A program made the translations under genes and the position numbers. Shown piece after piece: positions 46,117 to 54,334 of a DNA stretch of 64,000 nucleotides; the stretch's first letter is position 1, and every line of letters starts with the position of its first letter. The notes beneath the pieces were generated by a model, which made no database searches, was not told the origin of the DNA, and worked only from the letters and a program-made list of their open reading frames with translations. The stretch comes from Polyangiales bacterium (GTDB lineage: Bacteria; Myxococcota_A; Polyangia; Polyangiales; Ga0077539). The stretch lies in assembly GCA_046351535.1 (NCBI GenBank), contig JAXLYG010000005.1, positions 20,163-84,162 of the forward strand, in the 5' to 3' direction.

Positions 46117-47847
46117 ATGGTCGACGACGACAACGACAGCTTCGAAGCTCCGCCCAACCACGGCCCCCGCAACGCGGTGATCGCCGGCGTCGCGCTCGTC
46201 GTCGCCTCCGTCGGCGCGTGGGTCGCCAACGATCACTTCGACGGCGAGCGAAAGACGCGCGAGCTCCAGCGCGCCGCCGACGCGTGGAGCGACCTCTCGC
46301 GCTGCCTCGCGGGCGACCACCAGCGCGTCGGAGAGATCGCCCGCAACGCGCGCCGCGCCGAGCTCCGCGTGCCCGCCTCCGTGCGCGGAATGACCCGCGA
46401 CGAGCGCGCGAGAGAGTGGCCCTGGCGCTGCGCGCCCCCCGCGCGGATCATGACCCGCGCGCTCTTCGAATCGCGCTCCGACGATCCCGCCCACAGGATC
46501 CTCAACCAGTACGCCTCGCTCGCCGCCACGGAGCTCGGCCGCGGGTCGCTCCGCACCGGACGCGACGATCCCCGGCGCTACCTCGACGAGCTCTTCGCCG
46601 CCGCGTCGCGCGCCAACCTCCCGCGAGGGCGCGCCTCCGCCGTCGCCCCGCCGCCCGAGCCCATGCGCGTGCTCGACCCCGCCCGCGTGCGACCGCTCTT
46701 TCGCGGCGCGGGATCCGCGGTGCTGGCCTCCGACGAGCCCTTCGACGCGGGCGCCCTGCGCGTGCTCGTGGGGCGCGCCGAGCGGAGGCTCTGCGACTTC
46801 GATCGCACGCTGGAGTGGCCCGACTGCGTGCGCGTCGCCGAGCTCGACCACCGCGCGAGCGTGCGCCTCACGAGCGCCCGCTACCCCGCGATGCCCGGCT
46901 ACCTCGCGGACCCCGACGCACACGGAATCGGCGCGCTCCTGCACCCGGCCACGCCCGGCGGCGCCGCGATCGAAGCGCGCGCCTCTGACGCGTGGCGCGC
47001 GTCACGCGACCAGTGGATCACGGCCGTCGCCCCCGACGCGACGCGCTTCGAAGTCCGCGACGGATCGCTCTCGCTCCCGCCCGGCGCGTTCGCGGCGCCC
47101 TTCGCCGCGGGGCCTCGGATGATGGGCGAGGTCTTCGTCGCGGCCCTCTCGGCGCCGCCTCCGCCCGCGACGCCCGACGGAGGCGTCACGCTCTTCGACG
47201 AGCCGCTCATCGCGGGCGCGGTGTCGTCCGAAGGTCCGCGGCGGTGGGTGTCTGCGCCGTCGCAGCGCGCGACGGTGCGTGTGAGCGCCGCGGGCCTGAC
47301 CGTGCGGGGCTGCGCGCTCGACGACGCCCGCGCGGTGGTGGCGTGGGGCGACGACGCGCACGGCGTGGTGCTGTGGTTCCGCAACGGGAGCTTCGTGTCC
47401 GCGCGCACCATCGACGCGGGCCACGGAACGCTCTCGTGTCACGGCGGAACGCTGCGCCTCGCGTGGTACTCGCCGCTGCCGTTTCCGAAGGCCCACGTCA
47501 CGACCTGCACCGAGGCGCGCTGCACGCACGCCGAGGCGACCGCCCCGATGCTCGACGCGCCGCCGCGCGTGGTCGCGATGGGAGAGCGCGTGCTGCTGGT
47601 CTACACGGGCGACGACCTCGGCGGACTGCGCTACCGCTACGGCCCCCTCGCGACCATCGCCGACGCGCGCGAGACGGTGATCTTCGACGACGCGGCGCAC
47701 GACGGCGTCGACCTCGAAGCGCCGCCGACGGTGCTCGCCCACGACGACCTCGCGGCGATCCTCGTCACGCGAAAGGGCGCGCCGTACGAGACCTGGGGGC
47801 TGCGCGTCGACGCCGACGGCTACCGCGCCATGCGCCAGCGGGAGTGA
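46117..47847 (+). CDS. Membrane-anchored protein, function unknown
   Basis: 576 aa with one N-terminal TM segment (AVIAGVALVVASVGAWVA). High GC3 and no recognisable domain. Confidence 0.7.
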   Translation: MVDDDNDSFEAPPNHGPRNAVIAGVALVVASVGAWVANDHFDGERKTRELQRAADAWSDLSRCLAGDHQRVGEIARNARRAELRVPASVRGMTRDERAREWPWRCAPPARIMTRALFESRSDDPAHRILNQYASLAATELGRGSLRTGRDDPRRYLDELFAAASRANLPRGRASAVAPPPEPMRVLDPARVRPLFRGAGSAVLASDEPFDAGALRVLVGRAERRLCDFDRTLEWPDCVRVAELDHRASVRLTSARYPAMPGYLADPDAHGIGALLHPATPGGAAIEARASDAWRASRDQWITAVAPDATRFEVRDGSLSLPPGAFAAPFAAGPRMMGEVFVAALSAPPPPATPDGGVTLFDEPLIAGAVSSEGPRRWVSAPSQRATVRVSAAGLTVRGCALDDARAVVAWGDDAHGVVLWFRNGSFVSARTIDAGHGTLSCHGGTLRLAWYSPLPFPKAHVTTCTEARCTHAEATAPMLDAPPRVVAMGERVLLVYTGDDLGGLRYRYGPLATIADARETVIFDDAAHDGVDLEAPPTVLAHDDLAAILVTRKGAPYETWGLRVDADGYRAMRQRE

Positions 47848-47899
47848 ATCCCGAGCGCGTCGGGGCTCTTCTTCCGGCGCGCCACCGCGGCGCTCGGGG

Positions 47900-48100
47900 C
47901 TGATCCATCGACACGCGCCCGACGCCGGCGCCCGCGTCCAGCGCGTCGTGCGCGGCGGATCGTGGTGGTGCGGGCAGGGGACCTGCGACGGCTTCGGGCG
48001 CTGGTACCGCGGCCACGACGACCCCGCGTCGGCGTTCTCGAACCTCGGGTTTCGCTGCGCGTACGACGGTCGCGCGCCTCGGGTAGACTCCGCGCGATGA
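47900..48100 (+). pseudogene. Relic of the C-terminal end of an FGE/SUMF1 (formylglycine-generating-enzyme-like) domain
   Basis: The frame ending at TGA 48098-48100 reads ..RVQRVVRGGSWWCGQGTCDGFGRWYRGHDDPASAFSNLGFRCAYDGRAPRVDSAR*. The pattern RGGSW...R...P...GFRCA is the canonical C-terminus of FGE-sulfatase domains. The ~250 aa that normally precede it are absent. The only in-frame start nearby is GTG at 47948 (50 aa). Confidence 0.55.
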
Positions 48101-48834
48101 CCGCGCGCACACGCAGATCGCCCGACGCGAACGACGACGTACGGAAGCAGTGGCTCCTCCGCGTCGAGGCCGAGTACCGCTCGGCGACGCTCACGCAGGA
48201 GCTCACCCTCTGGCTCATGCAGGCCGGCGTCTCGCCCGACCTCATTCGCGACGGGCTGCGCATCGTCGAAGACGAGATCGTCCACGCGGAGCTCAGCATG
48301 GAGACCTACGTCGCCGCGGGCGGAGTGGGCGGACCCACCATCGCGCGCGAGACGCTCTCGCACGCGAGGCACCACGGAGAGAGCCTCGAAGCGGAGATCA
48401 CGCGCGTCGCCGTCGATGCGTTCTGCCTCGGTGAGACCGTGGCCGTTCCGCTCTTCAAGAACCTCCGCGAGGGCTGCACCGTGCCCGTGGCGCGACGAGC
48501 GCTCGACCGCATCCTGCGCGACGAGGTGAGGCACCGCGCGTTCGGGTGGACCCTCCTCGAATGGATGCTCGAGACACCCCACGGACCGGCGCTGCGCGCG
48601 CTCATCGCGCGAGAGCTCGGCACATGGTTCACGCGCATCCGACGGTGCTACGCGCCGGCCTACGCGGAACGCATGGAGTCCATCGGCGAGGTCGACCGCG
48701 CCTGGGGGCTCATGGCGCCCGCGCGCTACGGCGCCGTCGTCGAGCGGACGTGGTCGCGTGACTGGAAGCCCCGCTTCGAAAAGCTCCAGATCGACGCGAC
48801 GCCCGCGTGGGAGGCCGCGAAGCGAGGGCCCTGA
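48097..48834 (+). CDS. Ferritin-like di-iron carboxylate protein, function unknown
   Basis: ATG at 48097 overlaps the relic-frame stop (ATGA). 245 aa. Two ExxH motifs (EDEIVHAE, RDEVRHRA) are each preceded by a helix carrying Glu (VEAEYRS, LGETVAV). Confidence 0.7.
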   Translation: MTARTRRSPDANDDVRKQWLLRVEAEYRSATLTQELTLWLMQAGVSPDLIRDGLRIVEDEIVHAELSMETYVAAGGVGGPTIARETLSHARHHGESLEAEITRVAVDAFCLGETVAVPLFKNLREGCTVPVARRALDRILRDEVRHRAFGWTLLEWMLETPHGPALRALIARELGTWFTRIRRCYAPAYAERMESIGEVDRAWGLMAPARYGAVVERTWSRDWKPRFEKLQIDATPAWEAAKRGP

Positions 48835-48901
48835 GGCCGTGCGAAATGGCCTCCGCGCGCGCTTCACAGAACGCCGCTGCGGTCTGTAGAGTCCGCGCCC
48901 C

Positions 48902-51900
48902 GTGACGAAGACCTCCGCCTCCTCCGCGTCAGAGGGCAACGCGTCGCCGCTCCAGGCGCTGCTCGTGCCCTTCCTCTGCTTCTTTCTGTCGGGCGCATCG
49001 GGCCTCGTGTTCGAGGTCATCTGGACGCGCATGCTCACGCTGGTGTTCGGCGCCTCGACGCCCGCCATCAGCACCGTGCTCAGCGCCTTCATGGGCGGGC
49101 TCGCGCTCGGCTCGTTCCTCTTCGGGCGCTTCGCCGACAGGCTGAAGTTCCCGATCCTCACGTACGCCGCGATGGAGGCGGGCGTCGGGGTCTTCTCGCT
49201 GCTCATCCCCGTCGTCGTGCGCGGCGTGTATCCGCCCGTCTCGCACTGGATCACCAACCACGGCGGCAACCGCTTCGACGTCTTCACGCTCCTGCGCTTC
49301 GTCGTCGTGGCGCTCGTACTTCTGCCTCCGACGACGCTCATGGGCGCGACGCTGCCCCTCCTCGCGCGACACTTCGTGCGACAGGGCGGACGCCTCGGTC
49401 AGCGCGTCGGCGCCCTCTACGCGGTCAACACCTTCGGCGCCGTGGCGGGGACCTTCCTCGCGGGCTTCTTCCTCCTCCCCGGCGTCGGCCTCGCGTGGAC
49501 CAACGCCATCGCGGGCTGCACCAACCTCACGCTCGCCGCGCTGATCGTGCTGTTCCGAAAGCCCCTCCTCAACGGCGAGTGGCCCGCCACGTGGAGAGAC
49601 CTCCTCCCGTCGCGCACGGCCGAGGCGCTCCCGGTGAAGGCCCCCGCCGCCGATGAGCCCGCCGCCGAAGACGAGCGCGACGACATCCTCGAAGACAACG
49701 GCTCACGCGCGGTGCGCACGGCGACGCTCATGGCCGCCGCGGGCTCGGGCTTCGCGGCGCTCGCCTACGAGGTGATCCTCACGCGCGCGCTCGACATGGT
49801 GATCGGCTCGTCGGTCTACTCGTTCTCGATCATCCTCATCGGCTTTCTCGTGGGCATCGGCGGAGGCAGCGCGCTCGCGTCGGCCATTCTCAAAGCGCGC
49901 CCCACGCCCCTCGCCACCGTGGCCGTCGCGGGCTCCATCGAGGGCCTCGCGCTGCTCCAGTACGTGATCTATCAGACGAACCTCTCGCGGCTCGTGTGGG
50001 CCGTGACCACGGTGATCGTGCTGCTCGCGACCTCCATCGCGGCGACGTGGCGGAGGCCCGTGCTCGCGCTCGGCGTGACGCAGCTCCTCATCGCGGCGGG
50101 CGCGATCGTCACGTACTTCTTTCAAGACCGCATCCCGCGGATGTTCGTGTACCTCGCGATGAGCGCGACGACGAACTGCGACCCCCACGAGGCGATCCAC
50201 TTCTCGCAGCACGTGGGGACCATCCAGGCGCTCTCGTTCGTGGTCGCCCTCGCGTGCGCGCTCCCCGCCGCGGTGGGGATGGGCGCGGCGTTTCCGCTCG
50301 GCGTGCGGGCCTACTCGCGCGGTCTCTCGAAGATCGGCAGCGACACGGGCGCCGTGTACTCGGTGAACACCCTGGGCTCCATCGCGGGGTCGTTCCTCAT
50401 GGGCTTCATCATCATGCCCGCGGTGGGCATGGAGACGGCGATGTACGTGGCCGTCGCGGTGAACCTCGCGCTCGCGCTGATGCTCTTCCTCGCGTCGCCC
50501 GGCGAGGAGCCCGTGAAGTACGTGCTCGTCCCCATGGCCGCGGTGCTGCTCGCGGTGACGGGAACAGGCGCCGCCCTCGGACGCGACGGACGCATCGCCC
50601 GCTCGCAGGGCGCGCTCAAGCTCTTTCCGCGCGCGTGGGACCAGGCCGAGATGACCACCGGCGTGTTCCGCCTCTCGCTCGCCGACGGCATGGTTCGCCG
50701 CCGTGACGGTCACTGCATCGAAGACGCGCCGAGCGATCGGTCGCGCAGCATCTCGGGTGACAATCCCATCTACTACCGAGACGGCGTGACGACGACGGTG
50801 ACCGTCGAGCGCTGGGCCCTCGGCGGCGAGAAGGTTCACTTCGCGCTGAAGAACAACGGCAAGGTCGACGCTTCGAACGGCGACGACATGCCCACGCAGG
50901 TGCTCGTGGCAGGCTATCCGCTGCTGCTCCACCCGCGCCCCGCGCGCGAGCTCGACGTGGCCGTGGTGGGCTTCGGCTCGGGCGTCACCATCGGGACGAC
51001 GCTCCAGTTCCCCGTGCGCAGGGTCGACGTGATCGAGCTCGAGCGCTGGATCCCCGACGCCGCGCGCTACTTCGCCGACGTGAACCACCTCACGTTCACG
51101 CCGCGCAGGGAGTTCCCCTTCGTCACGGCCGACCGCCTCACGCTGCTCAACAACGACGGCAGGAACTTTCTCGCCGCCACCGACCGCCGCTACCACGTCG
51201 TGATCTCGGAGCCCTCGAACCCGTGGATCACCGGCGTCTCGAACCTCTTCACCGCGGACCACTTCCGCGCGGCGACGCAGGCGCTCACCCCCGACGGGAT
51301 CTTCGTCCAGTGGGTGCAGCTCTACGAGATGTCGCCCGACAACATCAAGACGATCTACCGCACCTTCGCGTCGGTCTTTCCGCACGTGCGCGTCTTCGCC
51401 GCCGACGCGTACAGCTCCGACACGATCATGCTCGGGAGCTTCAACCCCATCGCCCTCAACCCCGCGGAGATCGACCGCCGCCTCGGTGATCCGACCATCC
51501 GCGCCGCCGTCGAGCCCGCGCACGCCAACGGGAGCACCGACCTCCTCGCCCGCATGCTCTTCGCCTCGCGCGATGAGGTGAACCGCTTCGCCGTGATCGA
51601 GGAGCGCCTGGAGCGCGGCGAGTGGCGTTCGAACCTCCGCGCCACGGGCCTCGGCGAGTGCTCGGCCCCCACGTGCCGTCGCCGCGACGCGCCGATCAAC
51701 ACCGACGACAACGCGCTCATCGAGTTCGCCGCGCCGCGCGACCTCATCGGCTTCGACGCGTTCTCGGGCTACGTCGAGACGATGTACTCCGACGACTGGC
51801 GCTACGGACGCGTCGAGCAGCAGGTCGCGATCCCCACGGACCCCACCGAGCGCATGCGCCTGATGGCGCGGCTGGGCGTGTCGCTCCTCGCGGCGGGCAG

Positions 51901-52552
51901 GCCCTCTCGCGCGGGCGAGGTGCTCGACGCGGCGGCCTCGATCCGCGGCCCCGGCAACGCCGAGATCCGCACGCCCGAGATGATCCGCGCCGCGAGCATC
52001 TGGAACTCCATCACCACGCCGCGCGAGCCCACGATCCGCCTGGAGCCTCCGGTGGCGAGCGCGTCGATGAGCGTCGAGGGCGCGCGTCTTCTGTCCGAGA
52101 CCTTTGATCGCGCGCGCACGGCGATCGACAACGGGTCGTACAACACGGCGCTCGAGACGTTGACCTCGCTCCCCGCGAACGTGCGCGAGCAGTCGGGTCC
52201 CGGCATGCGCTTGATGTACGGCTTCCTCCTCTACCGCGCGTCGCTGGCGGAGAACGCCGATCCGCGCTTCGCAGAGGCCGCCGAGACGCTGGAGGCGCTC
52301 GCCCACGACGAGCCCGCGTGGTCGGAGCAGCACCCCGAGGTGCAGTACCTCATCGGCCGCGCGCGCTTCCGCAACGGAGATTTCGCGCTGTCGGTGAACG
52401 CGATGGGCCGCTTCGTCGACGCGTCGCGCACGCCCGTCCGCGGAGAGCACGAGCTCCCCGCGGTGCCGCGCGACCTCGACGAGCCCGCGGCGACGGCTCC
52501 CCCCGTGACCGACGCGCCCGGCGAGAGCCCCAAAGACAGCCGCGCGAGCTGA
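48902..52552 (+). CDS. Fused polytopic membrane / spermidine-synthase-like (class I MTase fold) / TPR protein
   Basis: GTG start, 1216 aa. About 12 or more TM helices at the N-terminus (FLSGASGLVFEVIWTRML..), then VAVVGFGSGVTIG, VIELE, VISEPSNPWITGVSNLFT, and a helical-repeat C-terminus. Confidence 0.85.
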   Translation: MTKTSASSASEGNASPLQALLVPFLCFFLSGASGLVFEVIWTRMLTLVFGASTPAISTVLSAFMGGLALGSFLFGRFADRLKFPILTYAAMEAGVGVFSLLIPVVVRGVYPPVSHWITNHGGNRFDVFTLLRFVVVALVLLPPTTLMGATLPLLARHFVRQGGRLGQRVGALYAVNTFGAVAGTFLAGFFLLPGVGLAWTNAIAGCTNLTLAALIVLFRKPLLNGEWPATWRDLLPSRTAEALPVKAPAADEPAAEDERDDILEDNGSRAVRTATLMAAAGSGFAALAYEVILTRALDMVIGSSVYSFSIILIGFLVGIGGGSALASAILKARPTPLATVAVAGSIEGLALLQYVIYQTNLSRLVWAVTTVIVLLATSIAATWRRPVLALGVTQLLIAAGAIVTYFFQDRIPRMFVYLAMSATTNCDPHEAIHFSQHVGTIQALSFVVALACALPAAVGMGAAFPLGVRAYSRGLSKIGSDTGAVYSVNTLGSIAGSFLMGFIIMPAVGMETAMYVAVAVNLALALMLFLASPGEEPVKYVLVPMAAVLLAVTGTGAALGRDGRIARSQGALKLFPRAWDQAEMTTGVFRLSLADGMVRRRDGHCIEDAPSDRSRSISGDNPIYYRDGVTTTVTVERWALGGEKVHFALKNNGKVDASNGDDMPTQVLVAGYPLLLHPRPARELDVAVVGFGSGVTIGTTLQFPVRRVDVIELERWIPDAARYFADVNHLTFTPRREFPFVTADRLTLLNNDGRNFLAATDRRYHVVISEPSNPWITGVSNLFTADHFRAATQALTPDGIFVQWVQLYEMSPDNIKTIYRTFASVFPHVRVFAADAYSSDTIMLGSFNPIALNPAEIDRRLGDPTIRAAVEPAHANGSTDLLARMLFASRDEVNRFAVIEERLERGEWRSNLRATGLGECSAPTCRRRDAPINTDDNALIEFAAPRDLIGFDAFSGYVETMYSDDWRYGRVEQQVAIPTDPTERMRLMARLGVSLLAAGRPSRAGEVLDAAASIRGPGNAEIRTPEMIRAASIWNSITTPREPTIRLEPPVASASMSVEGARLLSETFDRARTAIDNGSYNTALETLTSLPANVREQSGPGMRLMYGFLLYRASLAENADPRFAEAAETLEALAHDEPAWSEQHPEVQYLIGRARFRNGDFALSVNAMGRFVDASRTPVRGEHELPAVPRDLDEPAATAPPVTDAPGESPKDSRAS

Positions 52553-52558
52553 ACGCCG

Positions 52559-53113
52559 CTACCGCGCGCCCACCACGCGCTGCCCCGTCGGACGGCGGTT
52601 CCGCGACAACACTCGCGCGCCGTCACGCACCACCACGTCATCGCCTTCGCGCGACATCACCAGCGTCGTCGAGCCGCACGTCGCCCGCGCGAGCTCCGCC
52701 CCCTGTGTCCGCTGCACGCGGCACGGACCTGCGATGCGCGTGACCTCGCCCGTCTCCGAGCCCACCGTGACGATCACCACCACGCGGCCCGTGCGACCGC
52801 CGCTCGCGCGACGCTCATCGGTGAACTCGAAGCGCGCCGTCACCTCGCACGCCCCGCGGAAGCGATACCGAACGCCCGACGGCGGCGCCATGCTCCACGA
52901 CTGCGCCGTGCGACCGTCGCAGCCGCACCACTCGGAGCCCGCGGGGAGCGACGCGCCTCCGTCGCACACCAGACGCGCGGGGCCGTCGCAGCCCTGTGCG
53001 AAGACCTGCGCCTCGTGGGGCTGACAGGTCGGCGCGGTCTGCGCGAACGCAGGGACCGCGGCGAAGATCGAGGCGAGCGTGAACGCGCCGAGCGCGCTGC
53101 GAGAGAGCGTCAT
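52559..53113 (-). CDS. Secreted Cys-rich protein, function unknown
   Basis: ATG at 53113 is preceded by GGAGG. Signal peptide MTLSRSALGAFTLASIFAAVPAFAQ. 184 aa with 9 Cys residues in the mature part. Confidence 0.7.
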   Translation of the reverse strand: MTLSRSALGAFTLASIFAAVPAFAQTAPTCQPHEAQVFAQGCDGPARLVCDGGASLPAGSEWCGCDGRTAQSWSMAPPSGVRYRFRGACEVTARFEFTDERRASGGRTGRVVVIVTVGSETGEVTRIAGPCRVQRTQGAELARATCGSTTLVMSREGDDVVVRDGARVLSRNRRPTGQRVVGAR

Positions 53114-53217
53114 CGTGAACCTCCGTGGCGCCTGTTGGTACTCGACCGCGCGACGCATTCTTGGGCGAGAGACCCCGTTGCCTCGACGACGCGCCGACCC
53201 CACGATCGCAGGCTGAG

Positions 53218-53619
53218 ATGCAAGACAAGGAACTCAAGAACCGTCTCACCGCCCTCGTGAAGGAGGGCGTCGAGAGCCCCTACATCGACCGCCTCCGCGC
53301 GCGCGTCGACCCCTCGCAGGTGGTGACCGACATCCAGCGCGAGATCGTCTCGGAGATGGCCCAGGCCCTCGGGCACTCCGAGGAGAAGCTCGAACGCGCG
53401 CTCCTCGAGCTCGACGTGATCGCGCATCGCATCAAGGCCCTCGGCCCTACGCCCAATCCCGCGGCGCTCACGGAGCTCGAGGCGCGCTTCGACGAGCAGC
53501 GCGAGCGATGCCTCAAGCGACGGTGGGAGCTCGAGGTGCACCGCGAAGCCGTCGGGTTCCGAAACCACGAGGCGCTCAACAGGCTGCACCCCATTCCGCC
53601 GCGACGACGGAGGGCGTGA
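53218..53619 (+). CDS. Hypothetical helical protein
   Basis: ATG at 53218, 133 aa, high GC3, charged helical sequence. No domain recognised. Confidence 0.55.
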   Translation: MQDKELKNRLTALVKEGVESPYIDRLRARVDPSQVVTDIQREIVSEMAQALGHSEEKLERALLELDVIAHRIKALGPTPNPAALTELEARFDEQRERCLKRRWELEVHREAVGFRNHEALNRLHPIPPRRRRA

Positions 53620-53679
53620 CGAGCGCGAGGCTGTGACGGGGGGAATCGCGGAGGCTGCGGAGAGAACCGCGAAGGCGGA

Positions 53680-54246
53680 TCAGCGCGGAGGCGCGGTGCC
53701 CTGGGGCATGGGCTGGCCGTTGGCGCCGCGCTCGGGCGTCATGCCGACGACGCACTGGCCGTTGACCACCGTGGCCGCTTCGTAGCGGCTCGGGCACTTG
53801 GCGATGATCTCGTCGGCGTTGAACGTGCCGCTCTCGGTGAGCTCTCCGCGCACGGTCACGCCCGCGCAGTCGCGGAACGTGTCGGGCACGATCCCGCGGT
53901 AGTGCACGGGCATCTCCGCGTGGTTGCGCGCCACGCGGAAGCGGTACTCGCTCGTGCCCGGTCGGCTCTCGATGGAGCCCGGCGCGACGAGCCCCTCGAC
54001 GCGGAGCGTGCGACCGACCCAGTGGCGCGCCTCGCCCGGGGCCATCACCTCGTCGACGTACTTCGAGTACTGCACGGCCGTACCGCGGAGCGTCGAGCCG
54101 ATGAGCGCGATGGCGACCACGAGCAGGCCGAGCGCCGCCCAGCGGCCGTAGGAGGGCTTCTTCTCACGCTTCCGCGCGGAGCGTACGGGGGTCTCGACGC
54201 CGGCGGGCGCGTCGTCATGCGGATCGATCTCGGGTTCGTTGCTCAT
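53680..54246 (-). CDS. ccmE: Cytochrome c-type biogenesis haem chaperone CcmE, Cys (CXXXY) variant
   Basis: ATG at 54246, 188 aa, with an N-terminal TM anchor. It aligns by eye with E. coli CcmE (RLRVGGMVMPGSV.. with RTLRVEGLVAPGSI..; ILPDLFREGQGVVVQGEL with IVPDTFRDCAGVTVRGEL). The haem-binding LAKHDENY is replaced by IAKCPSRY. Confidence 0.85.
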   Translation of the reverse strand: MSNEPEIDPHDDAPAGVETPVRSARKREKKPSYGRWAALGLLVVAIALIGSTLRGTAVQYSKYVDEVMAPGEARHWVGRTLRVEGLVAPGSIESRPGTSEYRFRVARNHAEMPVHYRGIVPDTFRDCAGVTVRGELTESGTFNADEIIAKCPSRYEAATVVNGQCVVGMTPERGANGQPMPQGTAPPR

Positions 54247-54334
54247 GGGGAGAAAGTGAGTCGGACCGTAGTATCCCGACGTTTTCGTGTCCACCCCGCA
54301 GACCGCGTGAATCTGGCACCATCGGCGTCCCGCC

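Noticed and set aside
42813-46229. A 1138-aa minus-strand ORF opposite the two lipoprotein genes, and a 915-aa ORF at 49703..52450 opposite the fused spermidine-synthase-like gene.
   Set aside because: These are the same kind of artefact, with R/G/E/D/V-rich translations, no signal peptides and no motifs. The plus-strand frames carry lipoboxes, TM helices and conserved motifs.
47962-48096. The GTG-initiated, 45-aa Arg-rich N-terminal extension of the ferritin-like ORF.
   Set aside because: It is low-complexity (RRLRALVPRPRRPRVG...). The ATG at 48097 overlaps the stop of the FGE-relic frame and starts the conserved helical protein.
54314-54328. An exact TGGCAC upstream of the PHP lipoprotein gene, considered as a sigma-54 -24 element.
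   Set aside because: The -12 position reads GCGT instead of TTGC, so GC is not at the required spacing. The site is also only 16 nt from the ATG.
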